Source: Podarcis melisellensis
Lineage: Eukaryota
Reading direction: 5' to 3' (one strand)
Assembly (NCBI GenBank): GCA_964234715.1
Contig: OZ174282.1
DNA: 64,000 nt
Shown piece after piece: positions 38,020 to 50,468 of this stretch. The notes under the pieces are model-generated. The model made no database searches, was not told where the DNA came from, and worked only from the letters and a program-made list of their open reading frames with translations. Numbering within the stretch: position 1 is the first letter of the stretch; each line of letters starts with the position of its first letter. The translations under genes were made by a program, and so were the position numbers.

Positions 38020-39809
38020 GTTCCATTCTGATAAATTTTGGCTCAGTTAACACTGAATGAAACAATATACTCAGTTCACACTGGAAGGTGAAGGAAGCAG
38101 TGGGTTAAAGGAGGGCTGGAAGGCGACTGGAAGATTCCTTCAACAGTATTAAATAATATTAATATTAATCAATAATTAAATTAATAATTACATTTTAATT
38201 AGCAATTATAATAATTATAATAAATCTGCCTTTGAGTTTCTTCCAGCTCTAAATCAGTGTGATCAAATTGCAACCGTAACATACTACCAGTATGACTCAA
38301 AAGCACCACACAACTGGCATCTGTGTGTGCGCTCATATGCACCCTCTTCCACACATGTGGCACTGGGCGATCTGCCCAGAACTATCACAGCTTTGGGCCA
38401 ACACCATCAACCCTGGAAGCATTAATGTCACCCGATTAGCATTACAAGAAAAACACAGTCCCTCCCACACTCTTATTCAATTAGCACCCCTCCGCTACAA
38501 ATGCAACAAAAAAACCTACCCAAAACAAAACAAAAACTGGCCCCCGGGAAGCTTTGAAACCTAATCGAGGCCTCATGTGCAGGAGCGGTGAGAGCGCATA
38601 AAGGCGCAATGGTGAGAAGAACAGCTGCGGGACCCGGCAATACTGGAGGCCGTGTTCGGACGGAACAGGAATGACCTCAGGGAAGCGAGGCTCTCTTGGA
38701 CATCCATTTCACTGCACAGGAGATGACCCACATATTTGACAACTGATTCACAGCCTCAGCTGTGCGCTGAGATGCTCTGAGAGGCTGAGAGGAATCCAAG
38801 GTTAGGGAGATGTGGGGCTCCCTCTGGAATGGAAACCTGGAGAGTCTAAAGTGTTTCACTCCGAACGCATGGATCGTTCCCACCCCCCTGCCCCCCACCT
38901 CAGGCTTGCTGAGGATTTCTCTGGCAGGAAATGCGGCCTGTGTTAAACGACAGGCCTGACGTGTAGGAAACCTCACCTGCAGAGTTCACAAGCATTCCTT
39001 TTACTTCCTCCCCTGGCAGCATAAAGCGTGACATAGTTCAACAGATGACGCTTTCACTGTCATGGTCATGCTACACTGGCAAACACTCTGCCTGTTGAAT
39101 TTCTATCCTTCGCACAGGCGCTAAAAAGACATAAAGTCTGATGAAATGACTCATAAGACTACTGGATTCTTTTTTACATATTCATGCATTTGAATCATCT
39201 GAATTCTTATTTTTATGCTGCTATTTTATTGGTTCTAAGTTCTACTTTGACTTTTAATGGTATCATTGCTCCTATCTTGTACACCATTTGGAGATTTTAA
39301 CAAAATATATTAAGTGGTGTATGAATGTTTTCAAATAATTGAAATCTAAATAAATAAATAAGTGGCAAACTTAAGATTTGGAAGTAGTGGTTGTTACTGT
39401 TATCTCTTATAATGTTACCTATTATTATCTATTGGGTTTATATCTCAACTTTTTCTCCAGTTAGCTCAAGGTGGCATACATGGTTCATTTAATCCTCACA
39501 ACAATCCTGTGAGGCAGGTCATGATTTGGGGGCAAAACCATCCAGGTATTTTCCCCACTAGGATGACAGGCTGGAGGCAACAGAGGGGAAGGAGGTCTGT
39601 AGTGCCGCACTGGAGATTCAAGACAGATCAAAGATGTGCAAACCAGCGCTATGGCACCCTGACTGTGCCGCTGTCATCTACGGTAAGCTCACGGTACAGA
39701 ATGACCCACCCAAACAACCCACTCTTACTACAGGGCCCCATTCCTGGTTCCTGAGGAACAATACATTTTTGGGATTCCCAGCCTTCATCTTTCTACCACT
39801 TTGTGTATA

Positions 39810-40035
39810 CAGTGGTACCTCGGGTTAAGTATTTAATTAGTTCTGGAGGTCCGTTCTTAACCTGAAACTGTTCTTAAACTGAAGCACCACTTTAGCTAAT
39901 GGGGCCTCCAGCTGCCGCTGTGACGCTGGAGCACGATTTCTGTTCTCATCCTGAAACAAAGTTCTTAACTCGAGGTACTATTTCTGGGTTAGCGGAGTCT
40001 GTAACCTGAAGCGTATGTAACCCGAGGTACCACTG
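39810..40035 (+). mobile_element. Family A MITE, complete
   Basis: Perfect TIRs CAGTGGTACCTCGGGTTA / TAACCCGAGGTACCACTG; TA TSD. Confidence 0.93.
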
Positions 40036-40399
40036 TACTCTATGCAAAAAACACAATGCTGATTCTGTTAACCAGAAATCTTAATTTTTCAGCCTCTATA
40101 ACATGTGCAAACATGCATAAAATTAATTTTGGCTTCTGCTAGCCATGGGAAAGAAGAAACTCAGTGCAGGGAACGAACATAGCTCAAAGGTAGAGCACTC
40201 GTGCTCTGAATCGAACCATCGCTTTTCTGACTGGGACTGATGTTGAACTACAGCCCAAAACACCAAGTTGTACACAAAACTGAGTTAGATGCACTAATAT
40301 GTTCCATAAAGGAAGGTACACTGTGCCATCTCCTGATCACCATGAATACTGCTCAGTACTCCCCTTTTTCATTCTCATTTCTGGTTTCAATGCATCAAA

Positions 40400-40530
40400 T
40401 AAGAGTATAAGAAGAGCTCTCAATCTGGATTGGGCCAATGGCCCATTTGGTCCAGCATCCTATTCTCAAAGTGACCAACCAGACACATATGGGAAGCTCC
40501 AAAGCAGATCCTGAGTGCAACAGCACTCTC
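40400..40530 (-). mobile_element. CR1 3' tail fragment
   Basis: TAAGAAGAGC...GGCCAATGGCCCATTTGGTCCAGCATCCTATTCTCA. Confidence 0.75.
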
Positions 40531-41467
40531 CCTTTCGGCCCCCAAAGTTCAATTATTATATAGAGACATTGCACAGCAGATACATGATGACTGTGACCCT
40601 GGGAGCCAGAAGGCATCACACATACTTTCAGGTTTATATTTGAAGGCATAAAAAAGGATGGAATATGAATCAGCAACTGGAGTTCCTTACACCAAATCCA
40701 GCCCCTGACTGCCTCCCCCCTCCCCCCACCAGCTACAAACCAAGAAGTAAAAGAAAGAGTGTGGATGCATAATCTACCGCAACAATGTATAAAAGGGGGG
40801 GGGAGCGACGGGATTAGAGGCCATGTTCAAAGCAGGCTTCTAGCCCATCCTGCTGCTCGTCAGGGACTAGAAACTTGAACTTTCTTTCTTTTCTTTATTT
40901 GAAGCTGAAATGTTTGGGGTGCTGGATTCTGTGCCCAGGATTACATTCTGCATTGGCAGAACACTCAGCCCAACAGACCCTTCATCTCAAATATTTTGCC
41001 TTTCTTTTGAAGATGGAGCAATGGGCTGGCTCTGTTGTCCATAGCAGTCTGCCCGTGCAGGTCACATATTTTACAGAGTGTGTCAGCGAGGACATCTTTC
41101 CCTCACACCCGGGTTTCTCAGCAGGTTGCCGCAAGAGTTCTCTTGCAAGTTTTCCAGCTGCATTTCATGGACGCCAGCCCAAACATCCTGGGGTGCAGCG
41201 AAGCCTCCTCAGTTCCCAAGAAATCCAGTGCAGTTGAAGGACCTGTCAGCTTCACACCTGGTGTAAGTGCAGCCCTGGTATGTAAAGGAGGGGGGAAACC
41301 ATTCCAGCATGCAGCCAGCTCTTAAGGGAGTATTCTGCATGCCTGCAGGATTATCACACAAGGGTGGGGTTTGGTATTCTGTCCATGATCCGGCATTTTG
41401 GGGTGGACAAAGAGACAAGGAGCTGTCAGGAAAGAGCCCACAGGAGGATGCAATATAAATAGGCTTA

Positions 41468-41658
41468 GGGCTCATCCACACTTCTGCTTATCCCATGCCT
41501 AGAAAGCAGGGGTTCGAGCAGTTTTCCCCTGCCCCACTCCATTCCCAGGGGAAAACCACTTTTCAGTGCTAAATCGGAGCAAATGTCAATCTGGAGATAA
41601 CTCAAATTGCCTTTTGCTCGATTGAGAGCTAAAGAGCAAAGGAAGTATGGATAAGCCC
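41468..41658. mobile_element. PIF/Harbinger-like MITE
   Basis: TIRs GGGCTCATCCACACTTC / GAAGTATGGATAAGCCC; flanks TTA / TTG; internal palindromes. Confidence 0.7.
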
Positions 41659-41804
41659 TTGCTTTGAACTAGGCTTAGCTATGGGATGGGGCCCACATTC
41701 CTAACTAGGGACTAGAAGCTTGATGATTTTTGTGGTTTTTGTGTGCGTGCGTTTAAAAAAGATGGCCGAACTTCTTCCTTTTTTTGCAGGTAGAAGCAAC
41801 TCCA

Positions 41805-41930
41805 AAGAGCTCTCCAGGGTTTCAGGCAGCTGCAGTGTGTGTCTTTTTTATTCCTACGTGGAAGCACCAGGGATTGAACCCGGGACCCTTTGGCAAGCAA
41901 AGCAGATGCCTTACAACTGAATTGCAGTTC
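41805..41930 (-). mobile_element. Squam2-type SINE 5' part
   Basis: CTCTCCAGGGTTTCAGGC...GGGATTGAACCCGGGACC...AAAGCAGATGC. Confidence 0.75.
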
Positions 41931-42065
41931 TTTCCTATGCAGTGCTACAAAGAAAGTCACAGTTACCTACTTTGAGACCCCCCTCAACCCCCCCCCCAAA
42001 CTATTGTATAGCTTCAAAAGTACTACGAAAACATAATGATCTGGGCAGACACTTAACAACAGTTT

Positions 42066-42416
42066 CAGAACCTCCAAGTGTCCCTATTTTCCAGGGACAG
42101 TTCTGGATTTACAGAAGCTATCCCACTTTCTGATTTGTTCCCAAAATGTCCCATTTTGCCTTAACATCCCTATTTTCAGCAGAGAAATATTGGACGGTAT
42201 GGTAGGATGTCCCTATTTCATTGGAGAAATGTTAGAGGGTATGGAGTTATATGGCCCCTGAGCCATCTGAAGGCAGTCCTGTTTAGGGAAGTTTTTGAAT
42301 TTTTAATGTTTTTATATATGTTGGAAGCCACCCGGAATGACTGAAGCAACCCAGCCAGATGGGTGGGGTATTATTATTACAGTATTATTGAATAGGACGC
42401 CATGTTGGAGGGTATG
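42066..42416 (+). mobile_element. Composite non-autonomous DNA transposon with captured L2 3' tail (copy 1)
   Basis: Ends CAGAACCTCCAA / TTGGAGGGTATG; 6-bp TSD CAGTTT; L2 tail at ~42264-42379; second copy at 51262. Confidence 0.85.
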
Positions 42417-42774
42417 CAGTTTTACTATGGGAAATGCAGCAATATAATATATTTCTCTTTACTGCACTCACACTTTATTGATGATATCTGAATGACTGGG
42501 GTTTATTAATTATGACTAACCCAAGTGCCTTTAGCAGAAAAAGGAGTGAGCTATTTGTTTTTTAAAAAAACAAAACAAAACGCAGCAGTCACGAAGCTGG
42601 TAAGTATAGGAGAAGCAAAAAGCCACAGAGAATCACCAGCCTAATCACTTTGTTTATTGACCAGCATGAGTACAACACAACCATTGCATCACTCAAAAAT
42701 TGGGCGGCACTGCTCAGCCTCCTCCTATTCCTGATGGGAAGGAAATAGCCTTGAAGCTCGTGATGCCTGGGACC

Positions 42775-42962
42775 AGAAGAAGAGCCCTACAGCAGCATCA
42801 GGCCAAAGGAGGCCTCTCTAGTCTTCCATCCTGTTACCACAGTGGCCAGCCAGATGCCTCCTCTGGAAAGCCCAGAAGCAGGACTTGAACACAACTGCAG
42901 CAGCTCCCTCCAGGGGTGATTCACAGCAACTGGCATTCAGATGCTGCTCCTCAGCTGGAGCC
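42775..42962 (-). mobile_element. CR1 3' UTR fragment
   Basis: AGAAGAAGAGCCC...ATCAGGCCAAAGG...ACAGTGGCCAGCCAGATGCC...CAGCAACTGGCATTCAG. Confidence 0.75.
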
Positions 42963-43316
42963 GACAGTTTGGTTTCCTTCGCCCTGTCTCCTGCTTCCAG
43001 CCAATCTTGCATAACTTGTGAAAGCAGAAGGAAGGCAAATCAAGAATGGAAACAGCCCTGAGCTAACCATCAAATCTGCATCACCACAACAAATCTGGAG
43101 CAATAGAGTGGGTATCTCTGGGATAATTACGATGGCAGGTATTTCACCAACAACGCACTCTGGAGAATGACCACCTGCCCCAAAAGCAAACACAGCCAGC
43201 CCAGTTAACCACAAAGACTATGGATTGCATGCGATGCTATTCCTACTCAAAGTAAACAATGCCCCTGACTAACATAGGCCCATTAATTTCTGTAGGTCTG
43301 CTTGAGTACAACTCAA

Positions 43317-43620
43317 GCCACATCATACATGTAAAACACTACGCTACCACTTTAAAGTCATCCCCCAAAGAATTATGGGAGCTGCATTTTCTAAAGGGTG
43401 CTGAGAGTTGTTGGGAGACCCCCATTCCCCTCTCAGAGCTACAATCCCCAGAGTTCCCTGTGAAGAAGGATCAATTGTTAAACCACTGTTGCTTTCTGAA
43501 AGGAATAGGGGGTCTCCTAACACCTCTCAATACCCATAACAAACCACATAATTGTTTGGAGGAAACCAGGACTGTTTAAAGTGGGCTTGTAGTGCTTTAA
43601 ATGTATGGCGTGAATGGGGC
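43317..43620. mobile_element. Palindromic Harbinger-like MITE
   Basis: Long imperfect inverted arms: CACTTTAAA/TTTAAAGTG and GGGTGCTGAGAG...GGAGACCCC / GGGGTCTCC...CTCTCAATACCC. Confidence 0.65.
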
Positions 43621-43984
43621 AGTAGATAGGTGCTACCTCTATCTTTGAGAAAATACAGAAAGTGGTGGAGTCAGTGGAATATGATGAGTTGGTGAAGGTA
43701 GCTCCCTCCCTCACACCTCTCCACTTTTTGTCCTTGCAGAACCCAGCAGACAAATCTTCTCTTCCTTCCTTCACTTGCAACAAAGGCAACTTTAGAATAA
43801 ATACACAGGAGAGAGCCAGGCCAACACATTCTTTTTTAAAGACTACAAAAGACTTGGTGGTGTTAGGGGGATGTGAGTTAAAACATGGTATCCACAAAAC
43901 AGTGCTTGCAAATAAACCATGCTGTATCAGGCAAGAGCGTGCCAGACATGCAGGCAGACTAACAGACTGCCCAAACCTCATAGT

Positions 43985-44268
43985 GGCTGCATACACACCA
44001 TACATTGAAGCTGGAACTCACTGGAACTCAGTTCTGGCACTTCTCAGGTGGGCACCATTGCCATTCTAAGAGAATGAGGAAGGCGTACATGATGAGTTCC
44101 GGCACCTCTTTATCTAGAAAAATAGCACTGCATTTAAGGCACCTTTAAGGCACCTCACTTCCCCCCAAGAATCATGGAAACTGTAATTTATGATGAGAAC
44201 TGTAGTTCTGGGAGGGGTAAACAACAGTTTCCTCAAATCTTTGGATGTATGGTGTGTAGTGTGCAGCC
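43985..44268. mobile_element. Harbinger-like MITE hosting a hAT fragment
   Basis: GGCTGCATACACACCATACAT / ATGTATGGTGTGT..TGCAGCC; 3-bp TSD AGT. Confidence 0.75.
44011..44130. mobile_element. hAT MITE (CAGTGCT-ended), left end deleted
   Basis: Ends TCTAGAAAAATAGCACTG; flanks CATTGAAG / CATTTAAG (8-bp TSD, 1 mismatch); related fragment at 50469-50525. Confidence 0.7.
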
Positions 44269-45273
44269 AGTTTGTTGCCCAATGACAGCCAGCAAAATGG
44301 GATCCACTTTCGCATATTCACTGTTGAGTTATACTTAATAGAACATTATTAATCCTAAAATGACAATTCACCGAGCAACAGACATAGTGTTGCCTTAGCA
44401 TTGCTACTAAATGAAAATTGTTTATTTTTACACTTGTTCGTAGCTGAAAGACTGAGAAACTACTGAAAACCAGTAGTTATTGTTTTTTTAAATGATGGCA
44501 AGCACTGCATAGCCAAGCTACCCAGAGCAGTAGACACTTCTGGGAGCAATCTAGAAAACCAATGAAACAGACTAGAAAGTGAACAGAATGTCCCTGCTCC
44601 ACAGAGAGCTTCCTTGCATACAGCTGGCCAAAAATATCTTTCTTACTGAAAAATGCTCTTGCCTCTCTCCTGCCACTTTGCAGCACTCATGGAAATTGAT
44701 CAAATGTGTGTGTCATCAGGAGAAGGCATTTTATCCAGGCACCGCATGTAAGTGCTCCTTTAGTTTGGTCAGCCTTAGCTGGAGTCTAATATGGCAGCAA
44801 CAGCTTTGCCACAACTCGCCTGGGATGACCTCATGATCCACCTGAGGGCCCCAACCTACTGGATGAAGGCAACCCAAACATCATGTGAGGCTTAGCTCAC
44901 TTGCTGGAGTCTGTTGCGGGTGAGGGGACAGAAACAGCTTTCTGCTGTGCACCCATCCACTCTGTCTCTCTGGACTGGGTTGCATCCTGGTTGCAAATTG
45001 TTTTAACTGATTTCAATATTGTATTATGATATCATTGTAACCCACCATGGGACCCTATGGTGAAGGGTGTGACAATGACAGGTTTACCTGTTCCAGTGCA
45101 AGGGTGGCACATTTAGTTTTGAAGTGGATATTCCTTACTAGGAAGTGGCCAGGAGATGGGAATGTGCTGTATACATTCCATACAGCTTAGCTGCAAGGAA
45201 GTGAGGAGACCATTAGGTAATTAAAAATTGGCCAAAGAATTGCTGGTGGCTGTACTTAATTAAGGACACACAT

Positions 45274-45296
45274 TGTGTGTGTGTGTGTGTGTGTGT

Positions 45297-45346
<50 letters not shown>
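45274..45346. repeat. Compound (TG)n(GA)n microsatellite
   Basis: Direct read. Confidence 0.95.
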
Positions 45347-45349
<3 letters not shown>

Positions 45350-46068
45350 AGACTGTACACCATGGAGGATGTTCCCAGGCAAGTCTGAGTTTCATGGACA
45401 TATTGTACTGATTTCTCAGTCTACTCTGAGAGCTTTCGCAGTCATTTACCGAGCGTTATTTGAAAAATTCACAACAGACGGCAAGATTCCACCCTGGGTT
45501 TGTTTGCTTCCAAATTTACATCCAAAAGGAGACTTGCAGCAGCAGCACTGGGCGAGTCCGCCTGTCCCCCTCCATTTCAGCAAAGGACAATGCCGAAGTG
45601 ATGGTCACGTGCCTCACCAGAGCTGGGCGCCCTCCACACCAGTGCTGCTGCTGCTGCAGGTCACATGAGGGCTGGTGTGCAAGAGAGCCAAGCAAGATGC
45701 TGTCATGAAATTGTGTGCACGCAATGAAGCGTGACTCCAGAGCCAGGCTGGGCCAACAAATGCAAGGAACATGCTCTTGGCTTTGCAGGAGTGATGGAAC
45801 AGGGATGGAGAGAGGGAATTCGGGCTATAAAAAGAGACAAAGAGGATCAGCAGATGAAATTAAAAACCTGCCAGAAAGCAATCAACCAACGAAAGCCCAT
45901 CTGAACAAGTGGAACATTTTCTATTTCTTCGCTAGAAGAGCTGGAAAGGTAGTGGTGAGAATGATAAAAGCTGAAGGTGTGGAAGGCAAGTGACAGATAC
46001 TGGTGTGGTATGTGGAGAGTCATTGGCCAGCCCCAAAAGTCTAGCATGGAAGAAACTCTCTCTGGTGT

Positions 46069-46280
46069 TAAGAACTTAAGAAGAGCCTGGTGGATCAGGC
46101 CTGTGGCCCATGTAGTCCAGCACCCTGTTCTCACAGTGGCCAACCAGATTTCTGCAAGAAACCCACATGCAGGATTCAAACACAAAACCACTCTCCTCTC
46201 CTGTGGCTTCCAGCAACTGGCATTTGGAAGCATTACTACCGTCAACTGTGGAGGCAGAGCCTAGCCATCATGGCCAGTAG
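46069..46280 (-). mobile_element. CR1 3' end
   Basis: TAAGAACTTAAGAAGAGCCTGGTGGATCAGGCC...CCATCATGGCCAGTAG. Confidence 0.85.
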
Positions 46281-46896
46281 TTTTATCTGTGCTGGCCTAT
46301 TCACTGGAGCTCTGCAGTTCCTTGATGCTCCAGGGGCAAATGTTTGCCCTTCCAGCCACATAAGACAAGCATTCCTGATGGGCAAAATTCCTTTGGAGAA
46401 AACTCAGTGTTTTTTTCTCCCCGCCTCCCAACAGTTTGGGCTCCTATCTGAACTACTTGGCAGCCTAGTTGGAGAATGGCCACAACTTCCTTTTGAAACT
46501 GGGCACAGCTTCAGTCTCCCTCCCTCCCTCCCTCCCTCCCATCCATCTGCCCCTTGGCACTTTCCCCATTTTTTGGAGCACACTACTGTTAAAAACAGAG
46601 GAATTAGGATTGTTGTTTTTTTGTAAAAAACAAACCCTTCACTCATATGTTAAAACAGCTTTAAAGACTCTGACAAACTGACATTCATACTCATAACACA
46701 CTTGCTGCCAAAGGGTGAGTCACCCACAGCTTAGCAACCAACCTGTGGCAATTCCATCCCTGCAGCCAAACTCTGCAAATAGAGTGGTACACCAAGGCAG
46801 CTCTAGAGATCCTCCTCACTATTTGGAGGCAAAGACACATGGGGAAATGGGGTGTCCATTACACTGAATTTATCCAGGAGGCAGAGAAATTCTCCA

Positions 46897-47342
46897 ATAA
46901 GAACATGTGAAGCTGTCTTATTCCAAGTACAGTGGACACTCGGGTTGTGAACGTGATCCGTGCGGGAAGCACGTCCGCAACCCGCAGTGCCGCATCTGTG
47001 CACACACGGATCACGATTCGGCACTTCTGCACATGTGTAAAGTGTGATTTAGCACTTCTGCGCAGGCGCAAGTGCCGAAACCCAGAAGTAACCCATTCCG
47101 GTACTTCCAGGTTTGGCACAGTGCGCAACCCGAAATCGTGCAACCCAACACTTCTGTAACCCGAGGTATGATTGTATAAGAACTTTGCCACATCTAACTC
47201 AGTGTTGGCTACACTGACTGGCAGCAGCTCTGCAGGGTTTCAGACTAGAATGAATTCCCAGCCCTACCTGGAGATGCTGGGGATTGGACCTAGGACCTTC
47301 TGCATGCAAAGCAGATGCTCCACCACTGAACTATGGTCCTTC
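46897..47342 (-). mobile_element. Squam2-type SINE interrupted by a Tc1/mariner MITE
   Basis: Tail AACATGTGAAGCTGTCTTAT at 46902-46921; body and head at 47190-47342. Confidence 0.8.
46930..47174. mobile_element. Tc1/mariner (Tigger-like) MITE, family B
   Basis: TA-CAGTGGACACTCGGGTT ... AACCCGAGGTATGATTG-TA. Confidence 0.85.
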
Positions 47343-47844
47343 TCCTTCTCTGGTTTCATTGTGGGGCTCACCATTAGCAGTGGCAGCAGCAGAATCTTCT
47401 TTTTTTTCTCCCCAAGTCCTTTTTTTAGGGGAGGAAGGTGGCACTGCTACAATATTGAGCAGCAGCAATTGTGCTGGAAGCCTAGGCACCAGTCTGCATC
47501 TTCACAAATACCCTGAATCTATCTAACATTGTTCCAGGATATCATAAAGGAGACTGCTCAGAGAAAATTCTGCAAAGTGGCCTTCTTTTTCAAGAGGAGA
47601 AAAAACAAATTTCAGATGCTTTTTTGGTGGGGGGGAAGTCTTCTGAGAAATGTTGGCTCAGTTCTGTTTTGAGCCCCTCATTCATAGATCCTCAGCAGTG
47701 GGCATCATTGTAGCTTTCTCAAGGAATTAGAAAATGAAAGCCTGGAGTGGGTTGGGAGAGGAAACATGCTTAATCAGCTGGTGCATTTCCCACTAGGTAT
47801 CCCTCCATCTATCTTGATCAAGATAAAGAACCCATACGTCGGGA

Positions 47845-48189
47845 TTCCAAATTACAACCTGGAAGGTTCAGGACAGACAAAAGGAGGTCCTTCTTCACAG
47901 AGTACATAGTTAATTTGTGGAGTTTGCTCCTAGATGATGTAGTGAGGGCCACCAACTTGTACACCTTTCAAAGAGGACTGGACAAATTCATGGAGGAGAA
48001 GACCACAATGACTATGTTCTCCCTCCACTGTCAGAGGTAGAAGGCTCTGAATACCAGTTGCTGGGAGTCACAAATACTTTTAGTTCCTGCTTGCAGGCTT
48101 CCCATGGGCATCTGGTTGATCACTGTAAGCCTGATGGACTAGATGGGTCCCCTTTGGCCTGGTCTAGCATTCAGGCTCTCCTTACGTTC

Positions 48190-48190
<1 letters not shown>
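47845..48190 (+). mobile_element. CR1 LINE 3' end
   Basis: TTCAGGACAGACAAAAGG...GGACAAATTCATGGAGG...CAGGCTCTCCTTACGTTCT. Confidence 0.82.
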
Positions 48191-48238
<48 letters not shown>

Positions 48239-48521
48239 TTATTATTTATACCCCACCCATCTGGCTGGGCCTCCCCAGCCACTCTGGGCGGCTTCCATAA
48301 AAACCAAAAATACAGTAAAATATCACACGTTAAAAACTTCCCTGAACAGGGCTGCCTTAAGATGTCTTCTGAATGTCAGGTAGTTGTTTATCGCTTTGAC
48401 ATCTGCTGGAAGGGCGTTCCACAGGGTGGGCGCCACTACCGAGAAGGCCCCCTGCCTGGTTCCCTGTAGCTTTGCTTCTCGCAATGAGGGAACCGCCAGA
48501 AGGCCCTTGGCACTGGACCTC
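48191..48521 (-). mobile_element. L2 LINE 3' end with (AAT)16 tail, abutting the CR1 tail
   Basis: ORF LLAVPSLREAKLQGTRQGAFSVVAPTLWNALPADVK...FRRHLKAALFREVF; same family as 21056-22180. Confidence 0.92.
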
Positions 48522-50334
48522 ATGAACTTATGAACTGAGAGCCAAACTTTAGACAATACTTTAGCTCTATTCCTATACACTTAAGTGCAGGGGGTTTAGA
48601 TACAAATTGCCAGTGTGGGAAGGACGTAATCTGGATCATGAGTCTAGCATAGGGGTAGGGGGGGTAACTTTTTGTACCTCTTAACGCTGCTAGGGTCTCA
48701 GTCCACATCAGGGGCAAATCACAGCAGCAATTTGCATGGATGGGGGTGAGGAGCTTCCATGAAGCAAATGCGAAGTTATTTTTCTATGCAGATTAATGAT
48801 GGTGGTGGGATCCACACTGGGGCCACACAGCAGAATTTATCCCACTATGCTTGGGTCCCAATATGTATTGAGCACACTAGTGATTTGAGTTCTTTAAAAA
48901 AAAGCCACCTTGCACTTAAGGGCTCAGATACTAGGCTGAGCTATCCACTAGTCTGGCCTTAGATTTAGAGAGAGGAGAAAGAATGTGGTGAGCCCTCAAC
49001 CCCACAATAAATATTTGACACACTCCTGGAGAGGGACATCACTAGTCATTCTGCTGCCTGAACTGCCACTCACTCCATTCTTCATGGCACAAAACATCCA
49101 AGGCCGACCGCTTTATCTTCATACCTGAGACAGTACTGCTCTTTATCTCCTCAGCAGTTAAAATACAAAAATGAAATAGCTAACAACTTCCTGCTCTTTC
49201 ATAACACTCAAAATCAGCTGTCTGAGACTGTGGCCTCACTTTGCCTGATGGTAGGGGTGGCTCCTAGCAGAGCTGGAGTGGGAGGATGCTTCTGCAAAAT
49301 GAAAATATATAGAGAGAACTTGTAACCCTAGAACAATGAAAGAGCCAAGCAACCTTGAGTTGAAAGGAAACACACACTCACTTTATCACAAAATTAGCCT
49401 CAGTCATGGACAGACACTGACCGAAAAAAACCCAGACTCTTCACCAGGGTAGCCAAACTCCTGCATTCCGGAGGTTGCTCAGCTCCCATCAACCCCAGCC
49501 AGATTGGCCACTGGTCAGAAATGATAAGAACTGGAATCTAGTAACATCTATAGGGCTACTCCGCTGCTCCACACCACAAAGTTGAATTATACATCCTGAA
49601 TATGTAAACATTTTTTGTTCTTCTGCTCCTGTGAGCCACACTGCAGCAGGGAGAGGTTGGATGCAGTCTACTGGCCTCCGCCAGCCAAGCTCAGTCCCAG
49701 TCTGGCTTCAGAAATTCCACCAGGCATTTCCCAATCATTCCCAGCCTTATCTCTGTGGCTGCTAAGCGCTAGAAGCTCATTTCGAGATTCTCAGGATACT
49801 GGACCCAGCATCTGGTGCCAAATCTCACACTTGCATGATGCGATCCTGGCCACAGAGTCTCTTGGAAAAAATAGACGATTGAACCATGATAGCGTTTGAT
49901 GTAAACAGGCCCAATGTCTCCAAAAAAGCTCTTTATGAAGAGTCAAGCTCAATTTGGCTCAAAGCTTTTGCTTGCAGCCTAGGCCAGCTCTCAGGCTCTC
50001 TGGGCTGTCTGCTTATTATATTCCTAATTGGCTCAGCCATCCTGCCTAGCAGTAAAAGCCACAAGCCCATAGTCTCAAATGAGTCCAAAAAGCAACAGAT
50101 TTCAGGGGGATTCCTGAACTCCTTTGTGAAAGGAGGCCGGGGACGGGGGATGATGCCTTCAGTCCATAAATAAACATGACGCAAGACACATCACCAATCA
50201 GGTCTCCGAATCAACTGGCAACTTGCAGGGTGTCATAACATTTGTGCTGTAGCTACTGATGGTGCCAGCCTGGCTAGGCTCCCAAGCTGCACACACACCA
50301 CTCAACCCACACTTGGGAGGTTTGGATTTACAGA

Positions 50335-50468
50335 AAAGGCAAGTGGGGACATGGCAGAGGCTTAAAAAATGATGATGCCTGGTGTGGAGTAAGTTGATAG
50401 GGAGAGGTTTTTCTCCCTGTTTCATGATACTGGAACAGAATGTTGAAAGATTCTGGACAGACAAAAGC
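50335..50468 (+). mobile_element. CR1 ORF2 fragment
   Basis: GGGGACATG...GATAGGGAGAGGTTTTTCTCCCT...AGATTCTGGACAGACAAAAG. Confidence 0.65.

Noticed and set aside
38148-38225. Extremely AT-rich tract near (AT)25 as an origin or unwinding element
   Set aside because: Low-complexity sequence; nothing beyond composition supports a function
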